A DNA stretch of 64,000 nt from an uncultured Bacteroidales bacterium. GTDB taxonomy: Bacteria > Bacteroidota > Bacteroidia > Bacteroidales > UBA12077. A program made the translations under genes and the position numbers. Positions 38,715 through 48,865 of the stretch are shown piece by piece; positions within the stretch are counted from its first letter, which is position 1; each line of letters begins with the position of its first letter. Location of the stretch: positions 1,086-65,085 of the forward strand of contig CAZPDP010000011.1 of NCBI GenBank assembly GCA_964585385.1, given 5' to 3'. Under the pieces are notes generated by a model. It saw only the letters and a program-made list of their open reading frames with translations, was not told the origin of the DNA and did no database searches.

Positions 38715-40067
38715 TTAACTCATTTCCTCCATCATCAGATTCAGTCCTTTTCGGATATATGACTGAACAGGAATTTTGGAGGTACAAACAAATTCGGGTA
38801 AAGCAAAATCCTCCTCATCCACTTCATAAATACCCAACTTCTCCATAAGCTCTATATCTTCAATCATAATTGCTTTTATCAACTGTACCGGATAAATATC
38901 CATAGGCAGCACATTTTCATATTCTCCACTCATAACATAAGCTCTTTCTCCACCTTTAAGGTTTGTATCTATCCTGTACTTCCTGTTTGGCTGTAGCCAG
39001 GAGAAAAATGTTCTTGATGTGCTGAATTTATGAAATCCCGGCTTTGCCCATCCCAGCATTTCGTAGTAGTTCCCTTCAGGAATAACGGTAACCTGGTTAT
39101 CGAAGAAACCTGTATACCCTTCGCTTGATATCTTTTTGCCAGTTAAAACATTACCACTTATATATCGTAAATTTCCCTCTGCAACATTGTCTTTGATGAG
39201 GTTTTCTATACTTGCTCCCCGAAGGATACGGTAATATTGGGGGCGTTTGACTTCAGAGCCGGTTAAAGCAATGATTTTTGAAGCGTCGTACTTCCCATGA
39301 TCAAATAATCTTCCAATCGTTAAAATATCCTGTGGATATATATACCAAACTTTTTCCCCTGCATTTATCGGATCAATTTTATTAATTTGAATCCCTATAT
39401 TACCTGCCGGATGAGGTCCAACAAAGTGGTTGAGCTGTACTCCTCTTGCATTGCTAAAAACTTTTGAAATAGGATATTTAGCATTCACATTCAAATGAAT
39501 AGTCCCCGAGGTAAGTTTTTTAAGTGCATCCAGGCCTTTTTGGAAATTCTGCTCTTCTCCTTTAACAATCATATCGTTATCAGGAGCCAAAGGAGATGAA
39601 TCGAACGCAGAAATAAAAATAGCCTTCGGATCATCTTCAGGATTAGCTACTACGGAATAGGGCCTTTGTCTGATGAATGACCATAACCCGGATTTAACGA
39701 GTTTATCTGCAATTTCTTCTCTTGATAAGTCATTCGGATCAGCCTTTCCAAAGTCTTCGTATTCGATATTGGAGTCTGCTTCGATGACGACTTCCAATAT
39801 TTTTCTTCTTTCCCCTCTCGTTACTTCAATAATTTTACCGCTCACAGGCGACGGGATCTGCGAATGCGGAATAAGTTTATTATAGAACAGAGGAGTTCCT
39901 GATTTTACTCTATCTCCTTCCTTTTTCAGAAGCTTGGTTCTCATCCATTTGAAATCAATGGGCTTAACACCATAAAATCTCGCCGGTTCGGCTTTGCTAA
40001 TGACCTTTTCAGCCTCACCTTTCAGAGGAATATCCAGCCCTTTTTTTATCTTAATAACCTTAGACAT
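38715..40067 (-). CDS. nqrA: Na+-NQR subunit A
   Basis: 'IKIKKGLDIPLKG', 'PSPVSG', 'GPHPAGN', 'EEDFALPEFVCTSKI'. Confidence 0.96.
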   Translation of the reverse strand: MSKVIKIKKGLDIPLKGEAEKVISKAEPARFYGVKPIDFKWMRTKLLKKEGDRVKSGTPLFYNKLIPHSQIPSPVSGKIIEVTRGERRKILEVVIEADSNIEYEDFGKADPNDLSREEIADKLVKSGLWSFIRQRPYSVVANPEDDPKAIFISAFDSSPLAPDNDMIVKGEEQNFQKGLDALKKLTSGTIHLNVNAKYPISKVFSNARGVQLNHFVGPHPAGNIGIQINKIDPINAGEKVWYIYPQDILTIGRLFDHGKYDASKIIALTGSEVKRPQYYRILRGASIENLIKDNVAEGNLRYISGNVLTGKKISSEGYTGFFDNQVTVIPEGNYYEMLGWAKPGFHKFSTSRTFFSWLQPNRKYRIDTNLKGGERAYVMSGEYENVLPMDIYPVQLIKAIMIEDIELMEKLGIYEVDEEDFALPEFVCTSKIPVQSYIRKGLNLMMEEMS

Positions 40068-40091
40068 GATTGGTTTTTTGAAGATTTAAAA

Positions 40092-40122
40092 CAAAAATAT
40101 ATATTATTTAATTATTACCAAA
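40092..40122 (-). promoter_or_regulatory. Putative nqr promoter (-7 and -33 boxes)
   Basis: Minus-strand TATTTTTG at 40099-40092 with a TTTG about 20 nt upstream. Confidence 0.45.
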
Positions 40123-40204
40123 AAGTTTGACAAATGATACAAATAACAAAATTGAAATGTTTACTGATTTTCATTGTATTTAATTATCTAAATAGTTCAC
40201 TTTG

Positions 40205-40894
40205 TTATTTCAATAACGTCATTTCTTTCAGAGCCGATTTATCTTTAATAATTAACACACCCTTTTTTTCCTCTATTATATCATTTTTAATGAAGTGCTG
40301 CAATGTTCTTACCACACTCATGGTCGACATTCCGCTAAATTCAGCCAGGTCTTTTCGTGAAAGATTAAGATTGAAACGAATATTCTGATAGACGTTATCA
40401 GACAGATGCAAAAGGCTATCGGCCAACCTGCCATGTGTTTGTTTCAGATTCAGGCTAATCAGTTTATTTCTAATCTGATCCATTTCTTCATTAAGGGTTT
40501 GGATGACCGAAACAGCAAAATTGTTGTTATCTCTGATTATCTGTTGAATAACTTTCTTATCAATGGCACAAACTCTTGAATCTGAAACAGCTGCCACTGA
40601 AAAATGAAACTTCTCTGTATAAAAAAGGGAGGATAGCCCGATTAATAAACCCTTAGGATATATACTGTATATTGTGGTACTGTTGTCTTCATTTTCCCTG
40701 TAGACCTTTACAATACCTTCTTTAACATAAAGGATATGAGTAAGAAATGTACCCTGCTTTTCAATGGTTTCGCCTTTCTTGTAGCTTACCTGAACCTTAC
40801 TTTCACTTGTCATAATCAATTCATTCTGATTAAGCTCATGAAAGCAAGAGGATTTAAAGTCGCAATCTGTACAGGTAGTTCGAATTTCTGCCAT
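40205..40894 (-). CDS. Crp/Fnr family regulator with an FNR-like N-terminal Cys cluster
   Basis: CTDCDFKSSC (C-x2-C-x5-C), cNMP-binding-fold region, C-terminal HTH 'LSRKDLAEFSGMSTMSVVRTL'. ATG start at 40894; the ORF track starts at 40906. Confidence 0.88.
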   Translation of the reverse strand: MAEIRTTCTDCDFKSSCFHELNQNELIMTSESKVQVSYKKGETIEKQGTFLTHILYVKEGIVKVYRENEDNSTTIYSIYPKGLLIGLSSLFYTEKFHFSVAAVSDSRVCAIDKKVIQQIIRDNNNFAVSVIQTLNEEMDQIRNKLISLNLKQTHGRLADSLLHLSDNVYQNIRFNLNLSRKDLAEFSGMSTMSVVRTLQHFIKNDIIEEKKGVLIIKDKSALKEMTLLK

Positions 40895-41053
40895 TTCATT
40901 CAACAACTTTGGGTGTACAAATATAAATAAATCTATTTTTTTATCGACTTATTTATATATTTATTTTTCCATATTCATATATTTTTATAGCTCCCCGCGG
41001 CCCATTTTTATTTTTTAGAATATATCTATTTTTTATGGTTGGAATTCAATTAG

Positions 41054-41079
41054 TGTTATTTTTGTAACATCTAAGTTTG
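41054..41079 (+). promoter_or_regulatory. TGTTA-N6-TAACA palindrome adjacent to the -7 box of the mbx operon
   Basis: TGTTA (41054-41058), TTTTTG, TAACA (41065-41069); TAAGTTTG at 41072-41079. Confidence 0.5.
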
Positions 41080-41108
41080 TAAATATATAGAATTCTAAAT
41101 TTATCAAA

Positions 41109-41603
41109 ATGAAATTTAAAAATATATTCGTTTCCTTCTTAATCGGTTTGGGGTTCTGGATTTTACTTAATAATACTTTTGACCCGCTGATTCTTGCAAT
41201 TGGAGCAGGTTTATCCCTTTTACTTTCGCTAATATTTTGCGCAAGATGTGATGTATTTTCTGAGTTAAAACTCACTCCAATAGCATTATTATACACGATT
41301 ATCTATATTCTGATTTTTCTTTTTGAACTTGTTAAGTCCAACCTGGATGTTGCACGTCGTGTTCTAACCCCTTCACTACCTATCAACCCAGGCATTGTAG
41401 AAGTAAAGACCAAGCTGAAATCAAAAATGGGCAGACTGATTCTGGCTAATTCCATAACACTTACCCCTGGTACATTAACAATAGATATAAAAGAAGACAC
41501 CCTATACATTCACTGGATTGACGTTCAGACAGAAGATATTAAGGGTGCTACCGAGCAGATTGTAAGAAAATTTGAAAAATATTTAGAAAAAATATATGGT
41601 TAA
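41109..41603 (+). CDS. mbxA: Mrp-type subunit MnhE / MbxA
   Basis: 'PINPGIVEVKTKL', 'LANSITLTPGTLT', 'LYIHWID'. Confidence 0.85.
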   Translation: MKFKNIFVSFLIGLGFWILLNNTFDPLILAIGAGLSLLLSLIFCARCDVFSELKLTPIALLYTIIYILIFLFELVKSNLDVARRVLTPSLPINPGIVEVKTKLKSKMGRLILANSITLTPGTLTIDIKEDTLYIHWIDVQTEDIKGATEQIVRKFEKYLEKIYG

Positions 41604-41856
41604 CACAATACTATCGATAGCTCTGGGAATAATGCTTTTATCCATTATTCTCTCTTTGATAAGGTTCATAAAAGGACCTTGTTATACCGACCGGGTCATT
41701 GCTTTTGATGTAATGACTATCTCCTCCCTGGCCATCATTGCAGGCATTGCTTATCTGAGCGGAAGAATTATTTACCTGGATATTGCTATGGTTTACGGAA
41801 TTTTAAGTTTCCTGGGAGTATTAATTGTTGCACGATATCTGGAAAAAGGACTATAA
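41596..41856 (+). CDS. mbxB: MnhF / MbxB
   Basis: 'RFIKGPCYTDRVIAFD', three TM helices, 'ARYLE'. Confidence 0.85.
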   Translation: MVNTILSIALGIMLLSIILSLIRFIKGPCYTDRVIAFDVMTISSLAIIAGIAYLSGRIIYLDIAMVYGILSFLGVLIVARYLEKGL

Positions 41857-41859
41857 ATT

Positions 41860-42222
41860 ATGAATACATTAGCTGTTATCGGATCTTTTATTACCCTGGC
41901 CGGTTCAATATTCCTCCTGCTGGGTTCTATTGGACTTCTGAGGATGCCGGATTGTTTCAACCGAATCCAGGCTGGTACAAAAGCATCTACTCTCGGAACC
42001 ATTTTATCTTTTACCGGTATTTTACTTATCGTTCCCGGTTGGTGGGGAAAATTACTGATATTGATTATTTCAGTAATGATAACCAACCCGGTTTCTTCTC
42101 ATGTTTTGGCAAGGGCGTCGCATTATATAAGGGTACCCCTCACAAAAGCACTGTTAGTGGATAAATACCAGGAGGACGAGCAGTATATTTCTGTTGATGA
42201 TCAAAAAAATAAAAAAGAATGA
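41860..42222 (+). CDS. mbxC: MnhG / MbxC
   Basis: 'GLLRMPDCFNRIQAGTKASTLG', 'TNPVSSHVLARA'. Confidence 0.85.
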   Translation: MNTLAVIGSFITLAGSIFLLLGSIGLLRMPDCFNRIQAGTKASTLGTILSFTGILLIVPGWWGKLLILIISVMITNPVSSHVLARASHYIRVPLTKALLVDKYQEDEQYISVDDQKNKKE

Positions 42223-42473
42223 TACTAAAAATTATTGCCTTAGTCATTGCTTTAGCCATCATTCTAATGGCCATTATAGCAGTTCAGAACAAAAAACTTA
42301 TCGTCGCCATCATCGCAGCTGGTGTGGTGAGTTTGTTTGCCTCGGTCTTCTATCTTCTCATGTCAGCACCTGACGTAGCCATGACAGAGGCAGCCATTGG
42401 CAGTGGATTATCCACAATAATCTTTTTCTATGTATTGAATAAAATCAAAAAAGACAGACTGGACAATGTTTAA
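42219..42473 (+). CDS. mbxD: DUF4040 / MbxD (MrpA C-terminal fragment equivalent)
   Basis: 'APDVAMTEAAIGSG'. Confidence 0.8.
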   Translation: MILKIIALVIALAIILMAIIAVQNKKLIVAIIAAGVVSLFASVFYLLMSAPDVAMTEAAIGSGLSTIIFFYVLNKIKKDRLDNV

Positions 42474-43170
42474 GAATATATTTGTATTTGTTGTACTCAT
42501 TGGGCTGGCTTTCATTCTTTCTAAATCATACGTGATTTTGCAGCCTGAAGAAGGTTTAAATGAAGTCGCCACCCGCTATGCTGAAAAAGGACCTGAAGAA
42601 GTCGGGGCAGCTAACCTGGTAACAGCAGTAATTGTTACATATCGGGGTTTAGATACCCTGGGTGAAGTAACCATATTGTTCATTACAGCAGCTATTATCG
42701 GTTTTTTCCTCAAGGTAAAGCTTGAAGATGAGATAGAATCAAGAAGTTTAAGAAAGACAAGTGAAATTCTTGAGACCGCTGCAAAAGTAATTACACCTGT
42801 AATTTTTCTTTTTGGTATTTATGTATTTATTAATGGTCATCTTACCCCGGGAGGCGGTTTTCAGGGAGGCGCCATCATTGCATCCGGACTGGTATTGATG
42901 TTGCTTGCCAATCCTAAAAAAGAAGTCAATCATAAGATCATATCCTTTATTGAATCCATATCCGGTTTTTCATTCATCATACTTGGAATCCTGGGAATCT
43001 TCCTGGCAGGCGGATTCCTGGATAATAATTTCATCAGCCTCGGTAAATTTGGGACGCTCCTTAGCGCAGGCGCAATTCCGGTAATTTACATTTTTGTCGG
43101 ATTAAAGGTTGGATCCGAATTGTCAGGCATTGTAAGTAACCTACAGGAAACACAGAAAGAAAAAATATAA
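42466..43170 (+). CDS. MnhB / MbxE-F type subunit
   Basis: 'ANLVTAVIVTYRGLDTLGEV', 'GHLTPGGGFQGG'. Confidence 0.85.
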   Translation: MFKNIFVFVVLIGLAFILSKSYVILQPEEGLNEVATRYAEKGPEEVGAANLVTAVIVTYRGLDTLGEVTILFITAAIIGFFLKVKLEDEIESRSLRKTSEILETAAKVITPVIFLFGIYVFINGHLTPGGGFQGGAIIASGLVLMLLANPKKEVNHKIISFIESISGFSFIILGILGIFLAGGFLDNNFISLGKFGTLLSAGAIPVIYIFVGLKVGSELSGIVSNLQETQKEKI

Positions 43171-43541
43171 TGGAACAAATCAGTTTAGCACATATTGGCT
43201 TTGTTTTAGGGATTGCAATTATACTAATCGGCCTTTGGGCCATTCTGACAAAGAAAAACATTATCAAAATCATTGTAGGTTTTTCTTTGTTCGACACAGG
43301 AACACATATAGTAATGGTATCCATTGGTTATGTTCAGGGTAAAACAGCTCCGATACTGGATAAAGCCGTTAACCTTAAAAACGCCGCACAGGAAATTGTC
43401 GATCCTGTTCCCCAGGCGCTGGTACTCACAGCAATTGTCATCGGACTGGGTATTACTGCACTTATGCTTGCTTATGCTTTAAGACTTTATCAAAGAAGAA
43501 AAACATTGGAAATTAAAAAATACAGCGATCTAAAATGGTAG
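43170..43541 (+). CDS. mbxG: MnhC / MbxG (NuoK-like)
   Basis: 'KNIIKIIVG', 'DPVPQALVLTAIVIG'. Confidence 0.85.
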   Translation: MEQISLAHIGFVLGIAIILIGLWAILTKKNIIKIIVGFSLFDTGTHIVMVSIGYVQGKTAPILDKAVNLKNAAQEIVDPVPQALVLTAIVIGLGITALMLAYALRLYQRRKTLEIKKYSDLKW

Positions 43542-46500
43542 AACCTATTTATATTGTCGGATCAGGCCTTGGTATTGCTTTTCTGCTTGGTATCATAAAA
43601 AAAGCAGGTAAAAATACTTCAGGTATCCTAATGCTTTTGACCATTGCTTTTATGACCTTTGTATCGGTTCAGTGGCTCTGGTCTGTCATATTTGCGGGTA
43701 ATGCTCCCCATTACACTTTCACAGCAGGATTCAAACCTCCTTTCTCGATTAACCTATTAATGGGAAGGCATGAAGCTATTCTTACCACTATGATTAATTT
43801 TTTGGGACTCCTTGGGGGATTATACCTCTGGGATAAATTCAAAAAAGAAGGAGTCAATTCCATGATTGTTTTCCTGGTGATAATTATGGGACTGAATGTT
43901 ATCATAATGACCCGTGATATTTTCAACCTGTTTGTATTTCTTGAAGTAGCGAGTATAGGTGTTGCAGGGTTGGTGGTTCTGGAAAGAAATACCAAATCGC
44001 TCTCAGCAGGATTTAAATATATGATTGCAACCAGTATAATTGCTGGTATCCTGCTTCTGGGAATCATTTTCTCATATAAACTAGCCGGTTCACTTAATAT
44101 AGATGATTTGGTAAAATCCAACCTCTGGTTCGCTAAAGGAGGCACAACCACTGTCTTTCTGATTCTCATAGCCGTTATATTTGAATTAAAACCCTTTCCT
44201 GCTAATGGCTGGGGACTCGACCTTTATGAAGGAGCAAATCCCGGTTTAGCTGCCCTGATCTCGGGTGGAATTGCAACAGCTTCTTTATTCATACTTTATA
44301 AATTAATGCATCTTGGAGGAGAAAACTGGTATATTCCTATTGCAACCACAGGCATGATAACTTTTATTGGCTCCAACCTGCTGGGTATTAATCAAAAAAA
44401 CAGCACCCGTTTGCTTGGTTATTCATCAGTGGGGCAGATTGGTCTTATCATGATGATTCTTGGCTTTTCCAGCATGCTGGGCAACAAATTTGAATTCATA
44501 GCCTTTGGAATTCTCATAAGTCACTTTCTTGCTAAAGCAGGCTTATTCTGGATTGCCGGCTTACTCAAAAACACAAAAATTCAAAACTGGGGTGTAATAA
44601 GAAACAGGCCATTCATGCTTTTCCTGATGGGCACCTTTATCCTGGCCCTTATCGGAATGCCACCTTTCCCATCATTCTTTGGCAAATGGGAATTCATTAT
44701 GAAACTGGCTGATAATAACATGCTCGTTTGGGTTATTGGAATATTAACAGGCTCGGTACTTGAAGCAGTTTACCTGTTTCGCTGGTTTGGATATGCAGCA
44801 AAACTCGAACCAGAAGAAGAAAACAAAATTTCGTTTCCCATACACAAAGTTATACCCATACTTTTTGCAGGCCTTGGGCTTTATATTTTCAGTTATTTCA
44901 GTGCAGAATGGATTGGCTTAAGTTTTTCCGCTGCTTTTTACATTCCGTTAATTTTGATAATTATTCTCTTTGTACTGGATTTTCTGCCTGTTTATATCAA
45001 AAATACCATTGGTATAGCAGGACTGGGATACTATACCTACACCCTGTTTTTTAATGATTTGATACCCGGAGGCGATATTCTGCGTATCGTGTTTGCCATC
45101 CTATTCCTGGCCGGTGGACTTATCATGCTTATTCCCGGGTATACCCAAAAAGGCAAACGAAAAGGGTTTTATCCTTTGGTAATTCTTATGTTTGCAGGAT
45201 TAGGCGGTTTAATTCAGGCAGAAAATACCTTGCAGTTTTTCTTTGCCTGGGAAATTATGACCATCGCCTCCTACTTCCTAATAATGCGCGGAAAACAGGC
45301 CATGAAAGCCTCTCTGAATTACATCCTTTTCTCAATTAGCGGGGCTTATTTCATGCTTATGGGCTTTGCTATGGCCTTTCAGGCACATGAAAGTTTCACA
45401 CTCGAAATCCTCAACAATACAACAGGCCTCACATCCTGGATATTTCTGCTGGTAGCCATTGGTTTTATGTTTAAAATTGCCACCATTGGAATTCACATCT
45501 GGCTTCCCGGCTCTTATACTGAAGCCGAAGATGATGTGACACCCATGATATCTGCAATACTCATCAAATCAGGAGTTTTTGGTTTTCTGATATTTATGAT
45601 TTCGGGCGGGAATTTTGAACTGGCAAATATTAACATCCCCTATGTTTTAGGGTGGTTAGGCGCAATAAGTGCCGTAATCGGAAATATGCTGGCTATTTAC
45701 CAGGAAGATGCGAAAAAACTGATAGCCTATTCCAGTATCGGTGTTATGGGATATATACTCTTTGCCATTTCCATGATGACCGGTTTGGGATGGCTTACAG
45801 CCGTGACCTACGGAATGCTTCATTTCTTGTATAAAGGCTTGTTGTTCCTGGCTGTTGCCGGTGTCATATACCGAACCAGAACCCGTAAATTCTATGAGAT
45901 GGGTGGTCTGATAAAGAAAATGCCGATTTCGTTTATTGCGGTATTAATCGGTATCATTACACTTGCGGGTATGCCCCCACTAGCAGGTTTTGCAGGAAAA
46001 TGGCTGTTCTACAACGCAGTGATTTTAAAAGGCTGGTATATACAGGGAACACTGGTATTCTTTGCAGGAATTGTCGCATTTTTATATTGTTTCAAACTCA
46101 TTCACAACATATTTCTTGGCCCCATTAAAGATGAACACCGCAGAATAAAAGAAACATCAGTATGGTGGCTTATCCCCCAGGTTTTGCTTATCATCGTGAT
46201 TATGGCATTTTCGGTACAACCCAGAATCTTTATGGAACCGGTCGGAGCCTACCTGGCCAACTATTTCCCGGGTGAAACGCTGCAATGGCAAGGAACCAAA
46301 GCCTCCACAAGTCTCGGATACTGGAATGCAACTCAAATCATGTATATAGTCGGCGGTCTGTTTGCAGTCCTTTTTGGAGCCTTGTTCTTTTTAAGCAGAA
46401 AAGCACAAAAAGTGAAACAATTCAATATGGTCTACCAGGCTGAAAGACCTTTCAGGCCAGAAACCACGCATGTGGCTTACAATATGTTTGCACATTACAA

Positions 46501-46681
46501 TAAAGCGCTTGGAATATTCAGTGCGCCTCGTGTAACAAATTTCTGGAACGGGTTTTCAAACTTAATCCATGATACCGGAAATCATATTCGTCAGCTATAT
46601 TCGGGTAATGGGCAAGCTTATGCACTGCATATCGTCCTGTATTTTATTGTATTTTATGTATTACTAAACGGAGGATTCTAA
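43535..46681 (+). CDS. Fused double antiporter-like subunit (MnhD/NuoN-like twice; MbxH-MbxH')
   Basis: 1048 aa with two proton-translocating modules: 'DIFNLFVFLEVAS...KPFPANGW' and 'TLQFFFAWEIMT...KIATIGIHIWLP'. Confidence 0.85.
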   Translation: MVEPIYIVGSGLGIAFLLGIIKKAGKNTSGILMLLTIAFMTFVSVQWLWSVIFAGNAPHYTFTAGFKPPFSINLLMGRHEAILTTMINFLGLLGGLYLWDKFKKEGVNSMIVFLVIIMGLNVIIMTRDIFNLFVFLEVASIGVAGLVVLERNTKSLSAGFKYMIATSIIAGILLLGIIFSYKLAGSLNIDDLVKSNLWFAKGGTTTVFLILIAVIFELKPFPANGWGLDLYEGANPGLAALISGGIATASLFILYKLMHLGGENWYIPIATTGMITFIGSNLLGINQKNSTRLLGYSSVGQIGLIMMILGFSSMLGNKFEFIAFGILISHFLAKAGLFWIAGLLKNTKIQNWGVIRNRPFMLFLMGTFILALIGMPPFPSFFGKWEFIMKLADNNMLVWVIGILTGSVLEAVYLFRWFGYAAKLEPEEENKISFPIHKVIPILFAGLGLYIFSYFSAEWIGLSFSAAFYIPLILIIILFVLDFLPVYIKNTIGIAGLGYYTYTLFFNDLIPGGDILRIVFAILFLAGGLIMLIPGYTQKGKRKGFYPLVILMFAGLGGLIQAENTLQFFFAWEIMTIASYFLIMRGKQAMKASLNYILFSISGAYFMLMGFAMAFQAHESFTLEILNNTTGLTSWIFLLVAIGFMFKIATIGIHIWLPGSYTEAEDDVTPMISAILIKSGVFGFLIFMISGGNFELANINIPYVLGWLGAISAVIGNMLAIYQEDAKKLIAYSSIGVMGYILFAISMMTGLGWLTAVTYGMLHFLYKGLLFLAVAGVIYRTRTRKFYEMGGLIKKMPISFIAVLIGIITLAGMPPLAGFAGKWLFYNAVILKGWYIQGTLVFFAGIVAFLYCFKLIHNIFLGPIKDEHRRIKETSVWWLIPQVLLIIVIMAFSVQPRIFMEPVGAYLANYFPGETLQWQGTKASTSLGYWNATQIMYIVGGLFAVLFGALFFLSRKAQKVKQFNMVYQAERPFRPETTHVAYNMFAHYNKALGIFSAPRVTNFWNGFSNLIHDTGNHIRQLYSGNGQAYALHIVLYFIVFYVLLNGGF

Positions 46682-46691
46682 ATATCGAACT

Positions 46692-47585
46692 ATGAAGATA
46701 CTGTACGTTTTATTAGGATTATTCATCATCATCAATTACGGATTGCTTAAAACAGGACTAATCCGGAGAATTACAGCGCGTGTAGGAAAACGTATAGGCG
46801 TACCCATATATCAGCCTTATATTGACCTTATCAAGACTTATGGCATTCGATCCCAGGTAACGCATGGCGTGATGTTCTACCTGGGTCCTGTTTTCAGACT
46901 GGCGGGCGGGATCGGAATATTCCTGTTCATGCCATTGATATATGGCTCTGATATGTTTAGTAATTTTTCATTCGCCGGTGACCTGATACTCATCCTGTAC
47001 TTCATCTTTTTTGGTATGCTGGGTATGGCGCTTGGCGCTGGTGAAGGCGGGCACCCCTACTCTATTGTCGGTATCAGCAGAGGATTGTCTCAATTCACAA
47101 CAGTTGAGATTCCCCTCACCCTGGCTATCATTGCCATAGCAGTTCAGTATCAAAGCTTATCAATAACCGAGATTGTAGCGGCCCAGCAGGGAGGTATAGA
47201 AAACTGGACCCTCGTAACCAATCCACTTGCTACTATTGCAGCCTTCTTTTCTTTCCTGGGAATGATGATGTATTCTCCCTTTAATGTGGTGAATGCTCCA
47301 CAGGAAAATCCTATTGGCCCCCCAACTGAATATCAGTCTACATTCCTCGGAATGCTCCAAACCAACAGGGCCATCCTTAGTGTTATGGAATCAATATTAT
47401 TTGTAAATCTTTTTTATGGTGGCGCAACAAACTGGATTGAACTTGTTGTAAAAGCCTTTATAGTCTATTTCCCTGCAATATTCATCGGTACAGTTTTCCC
47501 CAGATTCAGGGTTGATCAGTCTATTAAATGGTTTATTCTTATACCTACATTGCTGGGATTATTAGCTATTTTGTTTGCAGCTTAA
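46692..47585 (+). CDS. mbxM: NuoH-like membrane anchor / MbxM
   Basis: 'RRITARVGKRIGVPIYQPYIDLIK', 'PFNVVNAPQE', 'FPRFRVDQ'. Confidence 0.82.
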   Translation: MKILYVLLGLFIIINYGLLKTGLIRRITARVGKRIGVPIYQPYIDLIKTYGIRSQVTHGVMFYLGPVFRLAGGIGIFLFMPLIYGSDMFSNFSFAGDLILILYFIFFGMLGMALGAGEGGHPYSIVGISRGLSQFTTVEIPLTLAIIAIAVQYQSLSITEIVAAQQGGIENWTLVTNPLATIAAFFSFLGMMMYSPFNVVNAPQENPIGPPTEYQSTFLGMLQTNRAILSVMESILFVNLFYGGATNWIELVVKAFIVYFPAIFIGTVFPRFRVDQSIKWFILIPTLLGLLAILFAA

Positions 47586-47598
47586 AGTTAAATGAATT

Positions 47599-48270
47599 AT
47601 GAGTGATAACAACAAAAAAGACAAATTCTTAAAGCCTGAAAATGAGAAAAGATGGGTAACCAGCCCGGATGGAGAGAGATTTGAAGTGGATCCCATGCAG
47701 GATTATTTCTGTGATGCCCGGCCTAAAGAACACCGGCCGGCATACAGCAAAGTCGTTGAGAAATTCCTGAACTGGGCAAGAGCGGAATCCTTATGGGTAT
47801 TAGGATTTGGAACCGGTTGCGGTAGCATTGAAATTTATCCGCTTATGACACCCCGGTTTGATGCTTACCGCTTTGGCGTTCAGCAGAGACCCACTCCAAG
47901 ACAATCCAACGTACTCATTATTTCAGGATACCTGAGTGTAAAAACATTGAAAAGGGCAATCAGAACGTATGAACAGATGCAAAACCCCAAATTCGTTATG
48001 GGTTTGGGAAGTTGCACCATCAACGGCGGAATGTACTGGGACAGCTACAACACAATCAACCGGCTGGATTACTACATGCCTGTCGATGTTTACGTTGCAG
48101 GTTGTATGCCCAGGCCAGAAGCCTTACTCGCTGGTTTTGAACAGTTAAAAAAACGCATAAAAGAAGGAAGAGGCGAAGGAGCCAATGACTACGCAAGGAA
48201 CTTCGACTGGTACAAAGGCAACCAGAAAAAAATTATTAAAGACTGGAATATGCCGGATTACAACTGGTAA
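47599..48270 (+). CDS. mbxJ: NuoB-like Fe-S subunit / MbxJ
   Basis: 'FGTGCGSIE', 'GSCTINGGMYWDSYN', 'AGCMPRPEA'; three cluster Cys, no tandem CC. Confidence 0.85.
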   Translation: MSDNNKKDKFLKPENEKRWVTSPDGERFEVDPMQDYFCDARPKEHRPAYSKVVEKFLNWARAESLWVLGFGTGCGSIEIYPLMTPRFDAYRFGVQQRPTPRQSNVLIISGYLSVKTLKRAIRTYEQMQNPKFVMGLGSCTINGGMYWDSYNTINRLDYYMPVDVYVAGCMPRPEALLAGFEQLKKRIKEGRGEGANDYARNFDWYKGNQKKIIKDWNMPDYNW

Positions 48271-48328
48271 TTATAGAATTTAGAATTATGATTGAAAGCC
48301 AAAAGTTCGTAATTAAAAAAGAAGTAGT

Positions 48329-48865
48329 ATGGACAACGAAATAATTAAAAACATAAAAAATCACTTCGAAATCATAGATATAACAGAACAAAGAGATAAC
48401 CTGACTTTTGTGAGTGTTAAAAAAGATCAGACTGTGCCTTTGGTAACTTATTTGCGGGATTACGAAGGTTTTTCGCATTTTGTTCTGCTCACTGCTGTTG
48501 ACTGGATTGAAGAGGATAAATTTCAGCTAACGTATATTCTCAACCACCCTGAGAAAAAATTAGATATTGGAGTCAGAACAGGAATACCCCGTGAAAATTC
48601 AGTAATGGAATCAGCTCACCATTTATGGGCAGATATCGCCACGCATCAGCGCGAACTGAAGGAAAACTTCGGAATTGATTTTCCGGGTAGCCCGAGAGTT
48701 GATGAGGAGTTTCTCCTGGAGGGATGGGATAACACACCCCCCATGCGAAGAGAATTTGATACAAAAAAGTATTCAGAAGAAACATATTTTCCCCGACCGG
48801 GACGTGAAACGAACGATCCGGCTGAACATATGAAAAAAAAGCTATATCCTGATGAAGAAAAATAA
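48329..48865 (+). CDS. mbxK: NuoC-like subunit / MbxK
   Basis: 'LLTAVDW', 'HQRELKENFGIDFPGSP', 'LEGWDNTPPMRR'. Confidence 0.85.
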   Translation: MDNEIIKNIKNHFEIIDITEQRDNLTFVSVKKDQTVPLVTYLRDYEGFSHFVLLTAVDWIEEDKFQLTYILNHPEKKLDIGVRTGIPRENSVMESAHHLWADIATHQRELKENFGIDFPGSPRVDEEFLLEGWDNTPPMRREFDTKKYSEETYFPRPGRETNDPAEHMKKKLYPDEEK

